Below are positions 1 to 12,444 of a stretch of DNA of 64,000 nucleotides, piece by piece. Both the position numbers and the translations under genes were made by a program. Where the stretch lies: contig OX597821.1 in the NCBI GenBank assembly GCA_951406725.2, positions 57,908,001-57,972,000 of the forward strand, in the 5' to 3' direction. This DNA is from Octopus vulgaris (Eukaryota). The notes beneath the pieces are model-generated. The model was not told where the DNA came from, made no database searches, and saw nothing but the letters and a program-made list of their open reading frames with translations. Numbering within the stretch: the first letter of the stretch is position 1; each line of letters begins with the position of its first letter.

Positions 1-142
1 AGTGTGTGTGTGTGTGTGTGCTTGTATGCGCGTGTGTGTGTGTAATTTAATAAGTCACTTTTGACAGGGTTGATTTCCTTTCGCTCACAGAATATTTGAT
101 TGCGGTTGTTTTCCTATCTAACAGTCTCACCAACAATTATTA

Positions 143-181
<39 letters not shown>

Positions 182-585
182 GCATACGCACACAAACTCA
201 CACACACGCACACACACACAAATAATCATCGATCGAGCAGTCGTTGTACTTATATATATATATATGTGTACACAATTACCTACATAGACTCTATAAAAAC
301 AACTCGATGTTTCCTTTCCCCATTTCATTTCAAGCTTTTCGCTAAGTGTTTGAAACAGAAATTGCGTATTTATCTTATAAGATTTATGTTTATTGCTGTT
401 GTTACCGTTGTTTGTCAAGACAAACATCAGCAAACACAGCGAAGTTCATCAGGTCAAGTTTGATGGAGAAGCCCAATGGAATTTCGTCGCTTCTCGACGT
501 TTTAATAATATCCATGTTAACATGTTACAAAATGGCTGATCGTTAGTAAGGAGAGACACACAAATAAGAAAGAAGAAAGCAAAGG

Positions 586-627
586 ACCACTGATGAGGTC
601 ACAGAAGTGTGACGAAAGAACTCCGGT
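586..627 (+). ncRNA. Minimal type I hammerhead ribozyme-like motif
   Basis: acca-CTGATGA-g-GTCACA(gaag)TGTGAC-GAAA-gaac-TC-cggt. Both core boxes are intact, stem II is a perfect 6 bp, stem III is tiny, and stem I has one mismatch. Confidence 0.55.
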
Positions 628-1607
628 GGAAATAAGATTAAGATTAATGTAAAAATAAATAAAGCTGAAGCAAATTAACACCAAATATATAGTGCGTGCG
701 TTTTATTGGCTAAACTGGCAACATGATCATTCCTAAATACAACAATACATGTTAACTTTTTAAAAAACGATTCGTTGTGAAATGAATTTGATTAGATGAA
801 ATGATCGAGTACAGGCTTTTTTCCTTGACTCGTAAAAGAAAATACTTGGAGAAAAGCAGAAGGTCAGTTCATTCAATAGAATCCTTATATTTTTAATGAA
901 GCTACACTGTACACGAGTTAAATGCTTTGGCGGAAATCTGGAATTCTCCGAAAATATCGTTCAGTAATTTCCTTTATGTACAACGATCGAACGAAAAAGG
1001 AATTAATAAATAAATATACATAAAATCGAACTTAGCCTTAATTCACGTTTTACTTATTTATTCCTTATAGACCTGCTATAAAATTTGATAATGCTCCCAC
1101 TTGAAACATTATTATTGACTATAAAATGAAAATTACAAAATTACAAGAAAGCAGTAAAAGGTACAAAGGAAGTTGATTTATTACTTACAAGTAATCAGGG
1201 TACATGCTGTAAGAATGTAATCAAAATATTCCACACTCGCTTTCAGTATTTATGTTGGGACAGTTCGCCGAGGTCAGGATTGTATATGAAAGAGTACTGC
1301 ATTTTATAATTCGATTTTGCACAAGAAAATGAGAAGCAACTAAGGATCTAACGTGTGAAGTTTTGATTTCGTGGCGAAATTGGGTGTAAATGTCAGGAAT
1401 AGAAGGTGAAAAAGCACAATAATTTAAGACAGTTGGACAAAAATATTAGTGCCAGTTCAACAGTTACATATTCTACACTTGTCACGTTGTGTTGCAATGT
1501 TAAGAAAATATTTTCTGTCTTCGACAGCGACTGTTAATGAGTTTTCGTAAAGGCTCGTTAGCAATTTTTTGATATCATTTATATTATTAGTCTACATATT
1601 TGGTAAG

Positions 1608-1813
1608 GGTTTCAAATTTTGGCACAGGGCCAGAAATCTTTGAGGGCAGGGGAAAGATGATTACATTGACCCTATTACTTAACTAGTAGCTATTCCATCG
1701 ACCCCGAAAGGATGAAAGACAAAGTCGACCTCGACGAAAATTGAGCTCAGATCGCAAAGTCGGATGAAATGTTGTTCAACATTTTGTCCAGATTCCTAAC
1801 GATTCACCGCCTT
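1608..1813 (-). mobile_element. tRNA-headed SINE family A, degenerate
   Basis: Shares atcgaccccgaaaggatgaaagacaaagtcgacctcg with many copies in the window. Confidence 0.8.
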
Positions 1814-1961
1814 AACTACAAATTTGATGTTGGACAACTTATTAAACGTACATTCTACATAAAGATTTTATTGCGTGGTAGCTGAAAATGAATTTTAAAC
1901 ATTAATTATAGATTCAATTTTTTATCAGTCCAATCGTCAGCTTTCTCCCTCTCTCTCTCTT

Positions 1962-2006
<45 letters not shown>

Positions 2007-3236
2007 CACTCACTTTCTCTCTACTTTCCTTACAAAAAGACATGTTAGTACTAATGATCTTTCTTTTCACTTTGGGTTAACTTACAATTGTTACACATTA
2101 GTTTTAATTCAGTGGATATTTATTCACATTTAACCACATATTCAATGCCTGCGCCATTCTGACCGGGAAAGACAAGATTAATATGCTGCAAATATGATAA
2201 ATATTTTACTTAAATTGTTGTTGACTACAGCTACAACATTCGAATATGACAGTTAATATGCATAGGAAATTGAATTTATCGCGTACATATATTTCGACAT
2301 TAAATAAGGGAAAGATACCTGCTTTGTGTATCAGACATCATCATCAGTAAGAAATTTATGATGAAGAAATGTATCTATAAAAATGAAAACGGCATATTTA
2401 GAAACAATATTTCATGATGAAGTAGCCATGATGTAATTCTGTTAACTCTTTAAAGTTCGGCGTTAAATAGATTATTTAATTTATATCACTCTAGCATCGT
2501 TGGTGAGACAGGCTTTTTAAGAAAGGTTAAAAGAGAAAGACATGATACATATGAAGTAAATGAGCAACCCAAAGCACTTAAGCAGATAACGAGTACCAGC
2601 TTCCTTGCAATATTCATCTGTATCAGTATTTCTTCACACAGCCGTAAACCACAATTATTCGAACACTTAGGGATTCCCTCTCTGCTGTATACCATCTAAA
2701 TTTAAAAAGGATCACACCCAACGCATTTGGAGGAAATCCTCTACTATCCTCAACTGAGAAGAGTTCAGCATCGCAATATCCAAATCAATAAAACCCTCTA
2801 GATATTAAAGAGTGCGTTTAAACATTGCACGATTTGCAAGCTCTCTTACTTCCTCAAGCACAATAATCGTGAGCTTCCTTGACAAAAGGGCCTTTATCAT
2901 CATTTAAGAATCAACCTAAACTACAGAACAAAAGGCTTCTGTAAATAACTTATCTTCAGTCAAAAATAAACACCGCTTTTTATCAAATGTCATCTCCAGC
3001 CCCAAATACCTACGCACACGCGCGCGCGCGCACACATACACACAAATACATCCTAAACCCCAAAATACCTTTGCACCGACACCAATCTTATTAACGTGTG
3101 TCCCAAATTCAACTCATGCGAAATTTTCTCAGGCCTCACTTAACTAACATGGCAGCCTGCTTGTCTCATAATCTTAAACTATCAGTCTATCTTGACCAAA
3201 TATTATAAGCTTTCGCTTATAAGCTATTGTGTGTAA

Positions 3237-3275
<39 letters not shown>

Positions 3276-3679
3276 CACGTGCGTGAGTGTACATACAGAA
3301 TTTTGTAGCGATTTAATAACTGATGGTTGCTTCGAGATACAGTTTACTTTAGTTCGTTATGTAATACATTTTGTATATATTATCATGGCAAGTAGTTTCC
3401 TATGACAAATATAGGAAAATGAACTCCAGCAATTTCTTTCAAATGCACGTAAAATATTTATCTATAACAAGACATGAGAAAGTATTTTCAAGCAGTAAGT
3501 AAAAATGTCAACTGACTGGGATAATAAGATAGATAGGTAATTATGCTAGGAAAACTGTCTCCACTCCTCTGTGTCTGCATTATAACCATAGCTGTAACTC
3601 TTTAGACAAAATTCGAAGTAAAACATTTAGAGATTATATATAGAACTGAATAATCAGTTTGAGGCTGGCAAGAAACAAC

Positions 3680-3892
3680 CTTTTCTGCTATAAGCACAAA
3701 GCCTGAAATTTTGGATGAGTGGGTTAGTCAATCACATTGATCCCGTTACTCCACTAATACTCATTTCCTCGACCCCAAAAGGATGAAAGACAAAGTCGAC
3801 CTCGGTGGAATTTGAACTTAGAATGTAAAGAAGGACGAAATGCTCCTAAGCATTTTGTCTAGTTTGCTGACAATTCTGGCAGATCGCCGCCT

Positions 3893-3926
<34 letters not shown>

Positions 3927-4142
3927 AATCCTTTCTACTATAGGCACAAGGCCTGAAATTTTGGGAGAGGAAATAGTCGATCACAATGACTCCAGTACTT
4001 GACTGGTACTTAATTTATTGACCCTGAAAGGATGAAAGGCAAGCTCTACCTCGGTGGAAGTTGAACTCAGAACGTAAAGACGGAAGAAATGCCGCTAAAC
4101 ATTTTATCTGACGTGCTACCAATTCTGCCTGCTTACCGCCTT
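3680..4142 (-). mobile_element. Two tandem SINE-A copies separated by an (AAT)n tail
   Basis: Two ~210-bp copies of the family A sequence (3680-3893 and 3929-4142). Confidence 0.85.
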
Positions 4143-4158
4143 GAGGAAGAAAGATATT

Positions 4159-4585
4159 CTTTTCTACTCTAGGTACGAGGCCCGAAATTTTGGAGGACAG
4201 GGCCCAGTCGATTAGATCGACCCCAGTGCGCAGCTGGTACTTGTTTAAAGGATGAAAGGCAAAGTCGACCTCGGCGGAATTTGAACTCAGAACGTAGCGG
4301 CAGACGAAATACTTATTTCTTTACTACCTACAAGGGACTACACACAGAGGAGACAAACAAGGACAGACAAACGGATTAACCCGATTACATCAACCCCAGT
4401 GCATAACTGATACTTAATTTATCGCCCCCGAAAGGATGAAAGGCAAAGTCGACCTCGGCAGAGGAAATACTGCTAAGCATTTCGCCCGGCGTGCTAACGT
4501 TTCTGCCAGCTCGCCGCCTTCGGCAGACGAAATACCGCTAAGCATTTCCGCCGGCATGCTAACGTTTCTGCCAGCTCGCTGTCTT
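4159..4585 (-). mobile_element. SINE-A containing a nested SINE-A of the alternative-tail subtype (4313-4520)
   Basis: Inner TSD cggcagacgaaatac at 4298-4312 and 4521-4535. Outer TSD gagga(a/g)gaaagat(a/g)tt at 4143-4158 and 4586-4601. Confidence 0.9.
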
Positions 4586-4855
4586 GAGGAGGAAAGATGT
4601 TGAAAACACATTATGAGAGTAGGAACAGTTTTAACAGATTTATATTGAAATCAATATAACTGTCATACGTTTCGCTAACGAGAAGCTGTGACCAACTCTC
4701 CCTCATATCACTTCCAACTGATCTAAAAACATTACTTATTGAGTTCTGTGTACAAAGTGTCCTTACTAATGGTCATGGTTGGTATGCTTTTGATCATCTC
4801 TCTGCTAAATCAGGTATGGCCTAGGATTAAACAATTACGACAACAGCAGCAGCAA

Positions 4856-5030
4856 CAGCGAGCTGGTAGAATCGTTAACACGCCGGACGAAATGCTTAGC
4901 GGTATTTCATATGTCGCTACGTTTTGAGTTCAAATTCCGTCAAGGTCAACTTTGCCTTTCATCCTTTCGGGGTCGATAAATCAAGCACTAGTTGCCTCCA
5001 AATTTTAGGCCTTGTGCCTATAGTAGAAAG
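4856..5030 (+). mobile_element. SINE-A
   Basis: Head gcgagctggtagaatcgttaacacgccgg...gagttcaaattcc, followed by a (CAA)n tail. Confidence 0.85.
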
Positions 5031-5887
5031 CAACAACAACAACAACAGCAATAACAACAATAGCAACAACTGCTCAATATTCCGGTCAATAAAAGTAATA
5101 TAGAATTTATATGACATTTTTATGCTTATTTGTGTGTTATAGAAGGCTTAAAAAATGTTCTGAAGAAAATCAATTACTTCTCTAGGATTTTTATGTTTTT
5201 TTTTTCTAAATGCATTTTACGTTTGGTTGTTCCGCTTATGTCTTCGAAAACAACTCATTCGTCTTTTAGCATCTAATAGGTTCTGACAGTTAAATAGACA
5301 GTCATAGATACCCATTGCAGATAGTCCACCACCTGCTGCATCTACTTTCTTACGTATCGATTAACTTGTCCTTAAGAACATTTAGATAAACTGTAGTTAA
5401 TCGATTATCCTCATTTCCACAAGTTCATAATCTAAATTTATGTATATATGAACTCTAAATATATAATATACAAAAGCAGAAATTTTATCCATTCCATTAC
5501 GACAGTGTTTTGATTGAGCTTTTATATATACATTTTATATAATCTTAGGAACTGTTTCAAAAATGAAGTATAAATAAAGGCGCTTTGCGGTTAAGAAGCC
5601 TGCGTTGCAGCTATATCGTTTCAGTTTTCTACCATAACCCAGGAATGACCAATGCCTTGTCAATGAAATTGATAGACAGGAATTGTGTGGAGGCGTGTCG
5701 TGTATGTATGTGGGTATATACACACACACATATATATATATTTTTATACATATATATATCTACTATAGGCACAAGGCCTGAAATTTGGGGGCAACTGGTG
5801 CTTAATTTATCGACCTCGAAACGATGAAAGCCAAAGTTGACCTCAGAACGTAGCCACAGCCGAAATACCGCTAAACATGTATTATTC

Positions 5888-5953
<66 letters not shown>

Positions 5954-5962
5954 CATCATTTT

Positions 5963-6114
5963 AGACCTGATGAGTGACTATATTTTAAAATAGAATTAAT
6001 TTTAGATCGATTTAATTTTAAATAGAATAAATTTTAGATCGATTTAATTCTAAATCGAATTGATTTTATTATCATTATCTATTTGAAAATATATCCACGA
6101 AACGCGCGTAGTCT
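5963..6114 (+). ncRNA. Type I hammerhead ribozyme (Penelope pLTR type) with expanded stem II
   Basis: agac-CTGATGA-[gtgactatattttaaaatag...ctatttgaaaatatatccac, 17/20 bp]-GAAA-CGCGCG-TA-gtct. Palindromic stem III; predicted cleavage after 6110. Confidence 0.85.
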
Positions 6115-6221
6115 TTTTACTACTATTTACTATTTTTGTACTTTATTGATTTTTATAATAAGGTTTTTATAGTATATGTTTTCTATATGGTGTGAATAAC
6201 ATCTTTAATGGTGGTTTTTCT

Positions 6222-6358
6222 CTGTGGTAAGTAGCTTGCTTACCAACCACATGGTTTCGGGTTCAGTCCCACTGCGTGGCATCTTGGGCAAGTGTCTTCT
6301 CCTATAGCCCAATGCCTTGTGAGTGGATTTGGTAGACGGAAACTGAAAGAAGCCTGTC

Positions 6359-6436
<78 letters not shown>

Positions 6437-6657
6437 GTGTGCATATGTTTGTGTTCTCTGTTTATCCTCCTAGCATTGCTCGACAACCGATGCTGGTGTG
6501 TTTACGTCCCCATCACTTAGCGGTTCGGCAAAAGAGACCGATAGAATAAGTACTGGGCTTACAAAGAATAAGTCCTGGGGTCGATTTGCTCGACTAAAGG
6601 CGGTGCTCCAACATGGCCGCAATCAAATGACTGAAACAAATAAAAAAGTAAAAGAGT
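6222..6657 (+). mobile_element. tRNA-headed SINE family B with internal (TA)n
   Basis: gtggtaagtagcttgcttaccaaccacatggtttcgggttcagtccc head, internal microsatellite, and gtaaaagag tail. Confidence 0.9.
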
Positions 6658-7460
6658 ATTACCAAAATATCATAAATCTTTTGATTCAACACAATCGCGA
6701 AAAAGTGATATTTTATAATATTCAAGTTACCGGGACACTTAAAGTCTTTTTCCTCTCTTCTTAAGCACTTATTGACTTTAAAGAGTCTATATTTTTCTTT
6801 CACAAGATACAAATACTAACGCTAGAAAGCACATTACATTCGGAGGTTTTATTTGAAGACTGTTATAACATGTGGCTTTCTTGGGTAAACAGACGAAAAA
6901 ATGTTGAAGAAATGCAAAAAAAATAATCCTCACTTTAATCGTATTTTAAATATGAAGATAAGATTAGACTTAAAAGATGTGATTAGAAAAAAATGTGATT
7001 AAATAACTTCATCTCAATGACACACACTGCTTTAAAATGCACTGAGATGTAGGTCTAATTTTCTCAAACAATATTATAACAGTTCATTTGTAATCCAAAA
7101 AAATTACCACTTGGCGTCGACTATAGATATATGTCTCAAACCAAGAAGTTATAAAGAAGTTAGGCGGCAGTCATTTTCTCATCGTTTGATTTGTTATGGA
7201 TATTTTTTATTCATTTTAATAAAGACATCAGCAGAATACTAAATTGAATACTAAATTAAATATCCATACAGTTATTCCGGGTATACTGTTGGTTAAAATT
7301 ATTTCTTCCTTTCAACAGCTTTTGTGGCTGGCTATCAAGTATGTCTTAGACTTTGTTACTAATTATTAGTAAGTGTAGCACTAATGAATTAAAGTAGTCT
7401 TATATAGGTATTCTTTTCAAAGTGTTTTTCACGTTACTTTAGCGTCACCATCCATGTGTG

Positions 7461-7511
<51 letters not shown>

Positions 7512-7559
7512 GTGTGTGTATTTCAAAAATTAGGGAAAGGAATAGTTAAAATCTATCCA

Positions 7560-7644
7560 GGCTACATATGTTTCATAGCTAGCGGAACCTCACAAGTAGT
7601 AAATTATCCAAACGAGGGGGGGACCGCAAGCTACTCTTCAGGCC
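7560..7644 (-). ncRNA. Type I hammerhead ribozyme (Penelope pLTR type)
   Basis: Minus strand reads ggc-CTGAAGA-gtagcttgcgg...ccgctagctat-GAAA-CATATG-TA-gcc. Long stem II, palindromic stem III, and a short tail running into (CA)n. Confidence 0.85.
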
Positions 7645-7844
7645 AAGGATACTTTGATTTATATGAAGTTTACGTTGTTGTTAGGAGATCCCGTGTTAAG
7701 TTATTGGGGATTCGATCATAATGCGTAGAAACAACAGTTTGAGAGGAAAACGTTGTGAAGAGGAAGTAAAAATAAAAGAAAATACCTCTACCTAAAACGA
7801 AAACAGGGCGTCAGAGGCTTAACATCGATCCAAAATGTCTCTGA

Positions 7845-9206
7845 ATGGTCGTATCATATCCCTTAGACGCCATCTTTAACCACCAGGTGTCGAAGTGCAT
7901 CCCTTGACCAAGTTTGCGCACATGAAGCTGATAACATCATGAGAGTTGGAAAGCAGCTCATTGAGCAGCATCCCTTGTCTGATAACCTTAAATACATTCC
8001 CCAAAATGTCGCACAGTATCATCAGATGTAAGATGAGCATAAATGAACAGAAGACAATGCATAGATATGTTAGTAGAAAGCCCCAGGATGATAGTAACAT
8101 TGTTCCTCAAAGCAGTCTATCATGAACTAACAACCGGATTACTAACTCACTCCCACTTTGAAGGGTATGCGCTTGTAATCCAGGGTCAAGTATTGTTAAC
8201 CAAATAGTTGATGAACAAAAGGGACAGAAAAGCAAGAAAAACAGCTAAATGTGATGAGCGATGCAAACAGTGTGGAGTTAGTACCGACAATATCACCCAC
8301 AGCATAAGTAGTTGTCCGAAAATATCCTCACGGTTTATTTATCGATGAGACATGATGTTGTAGCTAGGACACTGTACAATGAGATCGGTCGGAAAGATAA
8401 CCTTGAGTCCTAAGAACTTACAGTTTGGTAGAAGCCATAGCCACTGATAATAAAAAGGATTGCTGGTGAAATGTGCCAGTGAAAACCTCAATAAAAATGT
8501 AAACCCAATAGACCTGACATAGTAATTTTGGATAGAGAAGGGAAACTGTGTACAGTTGGGGAAGTCAGCTGCCCAGCAGATGTTAACACAAAACTAAAGA
8601 TCAGCAAAAAAGAAAATACCTATGCTGAACTATTGAAGAATCCACAGCTACTCTATCCAGATTACAAGTTAAGGTTTATACTTGTAATTATTGGGGCACT
8701 GGGATATGTATCTGCTATATTGCAGGTTCCGATAACCTCTACTCAACTCCCGACGTCTAGACTTCTCCATCTATATCTACGTATTGGGCTAGCCTTCGTC
8801 ATCGTCTGGGGGCATCCACACAACAGTAACACACTGTGTAAATACCAATCTTGAGAAATTAGGCCTCTCAGAATCAAAAAGGAGAAAGCTCATTCAAAGA
8901 CTACAGATCCAAGCCATCACTGGAGCCGTAAAAATCTGTAAAACTTTCCAGAAGTTTATTATTTAAGTCTATATAAAGCATGTCTAGAATGCAACTATAT
9001 GCATGAGAATACGTACATAAAAAAACATATAAATCTGCACATATACATACATACATGCATACATGCATGCATGCATGTATACATAAAAACGTACATACAC
9101 ACCCTGCTGATGTGTTAGAAATTCCAATGAAGGAGCCTTGGATCTAGTTTAGAAACAGGTTCTTTCTCTATTGGCAAGAAATTTTGAAATAAAACTGAAT
9201 AATGAC
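7845..9206 (+). mobile_element. Decayed non-LTR retrotransposon 3' part, R4/Dong-like (CCHC plus restriction-like endonuclease)
   Basis: Frameshifted peptides CKQC...ITHSISSC, MRHDVVAR, NRPDIVILDREGKLC..EVSCPAD, K..TY.EL and VIIGALG. The 3' UTR ends in (CATA)n. Confidence 0.85.
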
Positions 9207-9558
9207 ATACATATATACATACATACATACATACATATATACATACATACATACATACATACATACATACATACACGCATTCGTATCACCACCGACCAGA
9301 AATTTTAAGAAATTTGTAATAAGTTAACAAAAGAAAATTAACTATGTGAATTCTTTCACCATTTTCTCATAATGCCTTCATTTCAAAGTCCTATTTCTAA
9401 TGCCGTCTTATACTGTGTAGCAATGGCTATCTCCGTTGTAAAATCTGCAATCGCTAGGGAAACCCAATATTTTCAATAAGCAGAAATCAACCACTTTTAT
9501 AGACAATACTTTCAAAGATTTTACAAAACTTTCATTGCATTAATATCTATTACTCTCT

Positions 9559-9989
9559 AAGGCGGCGAGCTGGCAGAAACGCTAGCACGCCGGGCGAAAT
9601 GCTTAGCGTTATTTCGACTGTTCAGAGTTCAAATTTTGCCGAGGTCGACTTTACCTTTTATCCTTTCAGGGTCGATAAATTATGTACCAGTTACGCACTG
9701 GGCTTGTTGTAATCGACTTAATCCGTTTGTATGTCCTTGTTTGTCCCCTTTATATTTAGCCTCTTATGGGCAATAAAGAAATAAGAAACGTTAGCACGCC
9801 GGGCGAAGTGCTTAGCGTTATTTCGTCTGTCTTTACGTTCTGGGTTCAAATTCCGCCGATGTCGACTTTACCTTTCATCCTTTAGGGGTCAATAAATTAA
9901 GTACCAGTTGCGTACTTGGGTCGATCTAATCGACTAGCCACCTCGGCCACCAAAAAGAAATTTCGGGCCTTGTACCTAGAGTAGAAAAG
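9559..9989 (+). mobile_element. Dimeric SINE-A flanked by one 17-bp TSD
   Basis: TSD aatatctattactctct at 9542-9558 and 9990-10006 encloses two SINE bodies joined at about 9783. Confidence 0.9.
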
Positions 9990-12077
9990 AATATCTATTA
10001 CTCTCTTACATAATTATTGGTGAGATAGGAATGATGTCTCGTGTTCTTTTCTTCTGAATAGTCTCTATGTTCTTCAGTTGAAATGGAAGCGGATGGTCTT
10101 CCATTTAAGAACTCGAGTTCTATGATCGCTTCTACTGCGAGAGTGTGGAAAATGTGCTTAACGTGTGACATATAAGACGGTAGAGGTGATTTGCAGCCTT
10201 AAGGGACATGCTTCCCCACACCACGACTAATACTTCTAAGTGCAGAGATTTAAAAGAAAAATCGTTTTGAATTACGAAGTATTTTGCTTCGAGAAAGTGA
10301 GAGAAATATAATTTACATTCATCGGAATTTTATGTTGTGTTTATGGCGCATGCGTATCTGAACCATTACATGTTTCTCTGGAAAATATTATGAATAGAAA
10401 TAAATAATGTTTTTCAATGTGTTTACGCTTAGAGCAATTACTTAACAAAAAGAAAACTCTAGAACTGTATTTACAAAGGAAAAGAACTCAAATCCTGCTA
10501 ACGCATGATATTTGAAATATAAAACAAAGAGTTTGGAAATAGTGTCTTTACTTTTTTTACGACAGTGGAGAGTGATTTAACTCCCACTTCTTGCAAGCTG
10601 CACGACTGCGTAGAGTCATCTTTGTTCATCTTTGTTCATCTTTGATAATCGAAGCAAAATGAAATGCGGAAGGAAAAAGTCAGGGAGAGAAGGAGGAGGA
10701 TAGATAAACAGAAAAAGGGAGGAGAACAGAAAAAGGAAAACGGGATGAAATTAAAACAAAGTGTGAAAATCACCCGAAAAGAAACGTCAGTAATCAATGC
10801 AATGGACATGGGTTACCAAGATTCCTTTGAGACTGGGGAGCATTGCAGCTACTAGTGGCTCTATTGTCCCACCGGTGAGGTGCAGTGTTAAGCCTCAAAC
10901 TTACAGTGTACAAAGCTCACACATGCAAGAACAATCTTTTAATTACCATTTGTTACAATCGCTTTAACTGCTGTACTAATCCCGATTAATGTCTACTGGA
11001 GTATCACCATTATCGTTTTGATAATCAAAATTCACTTTTTCCATTGAATCTGATATTTGTATTCCGATGCAGCTGATAATTTGCATGAATCTGAGCAATT
11101 GCCTTCAGTCCACTTGTTGCAGTTCGAAAAACGTTAGTAAGTCGGAGAAAATGCTTAACAGTTTTTCTTCCAGCTAGCGTTCTGAGATTAAACACTGCCG
11201 AAGTTGAATTTGTCTTTCACCCTTTCGGGATCGATAAAATAAGTACCACTTAAACACTTCCTCCCCAATTATTGGTTTCGTGCCAAAATTTTAAACCATT
11301 ATGTTTCTATAATTCCAATCACATCTCTTATACTTTATAAGAATATATTAAATCGACCACACAAAATGAAAACTTGACTGGAACTTATTTTACCGAGCGG
11401 TATTTGAACTCAGAACCCAAAAACTTGTAACTAAATTACCACACGTATGTTTTCGTGTGACGCTCAACAGGTTCCGAAAACCCATCACTATCCTTAGTTT
11501 TATTGAGAATTTTTAAAAAGAATGGAAAATGTTTCTAACTTCACAAATGTAATAGTTACTGATGGATGAGTGCTATAGAGAAATTTTGCCTTTTGTAGAT
11601 TATACTTGCCGTCGGTATTTCACTCTCAAGAAATTAACCAAATACTTTTAACAGAGGTCAACCCATAACTGCAATAAGTGAAAATTATATTTTCACTATC
11701 TCTGTTTCTGTTCCTTCTTTCTCACTTTCTGGTTTTTATTTTCTTCTCTTTCTCTCTCCTCTTACCCACCACAGTTTCTCCTCCTCTCCTTTTTCATTTT
11801 GCTAATATTTGATGAGATAAGACTATTGTCGCCAATTGATTTTTTTCCATTTTTACAACCCGTTTGCTCTCGCCTCTCTACCTCTCTTTTTCATTATCAA
11901 AATGCTTATTACATTTTCATACGCTCTTGTATTTTGCTTATACCTGTTCCATAAACAACTATAAAACACACTTGCATCCACGCCCGCACACACAATTGTG
12001 ATTCAATAGTTACAATACTATTTGGATCCTCTATTAACAGCAGAACACCGGTGTTTTCGGCCATCTTCAATCCAATA

Positions 12078-12351
12078 CAGTGGTTCCCAAATTGGGCGGT
12101 ATTGACCCCGCCCCTCGAGTCAGTGGAAGGTTCCCGAGGGGGCGCTGAAGAAAAGTGAGGTGATAATGGAGTAGTAATTCATGTAAAAACAACAAAATAA
12201 TGGGTCCATTGGGTAAAGTTTGTGAAATACCGTTGCTTTGTATTTGCTTCGGAAAGAGGTCTATGTTTGTGACAGTTAGTTGGGGTGGGGTGCTAAGAAT
12301 GTGGCCTGGGTGTCAAGAGGGTAGCAGCCCGAAAACTTTTGGGAACCACTG
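12078..12351. mobile_element. hAT (Charlie-like) MITE
   Basis: TIRs cagtggttcccaaa and tttgggaaccactg, with degenerate 8-bp flanks atccaata and atgtaatg. Confidence 0.8.
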
Positions 12352-12444
12352 ATGTAATGTATGTCGTAATTATTTCATTCGTACTTTTCTGGACAAGGAG
12401 GGAGTCTCATGTTAGTTAAGGTAACCTTAGATCACTTGATGTCA

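Noticed and set aside
2486-2700. ~70-codon frames open on both strands
   Set aside because: No recognisable domain or convincing splice pair.
10833-10875. Short hairpin ggggagcattgcagctac/gtggctctattgtcccc as a pre-miRNA
   Set aside because: Too short and imperfect, and no mature miRNA that I recognise.
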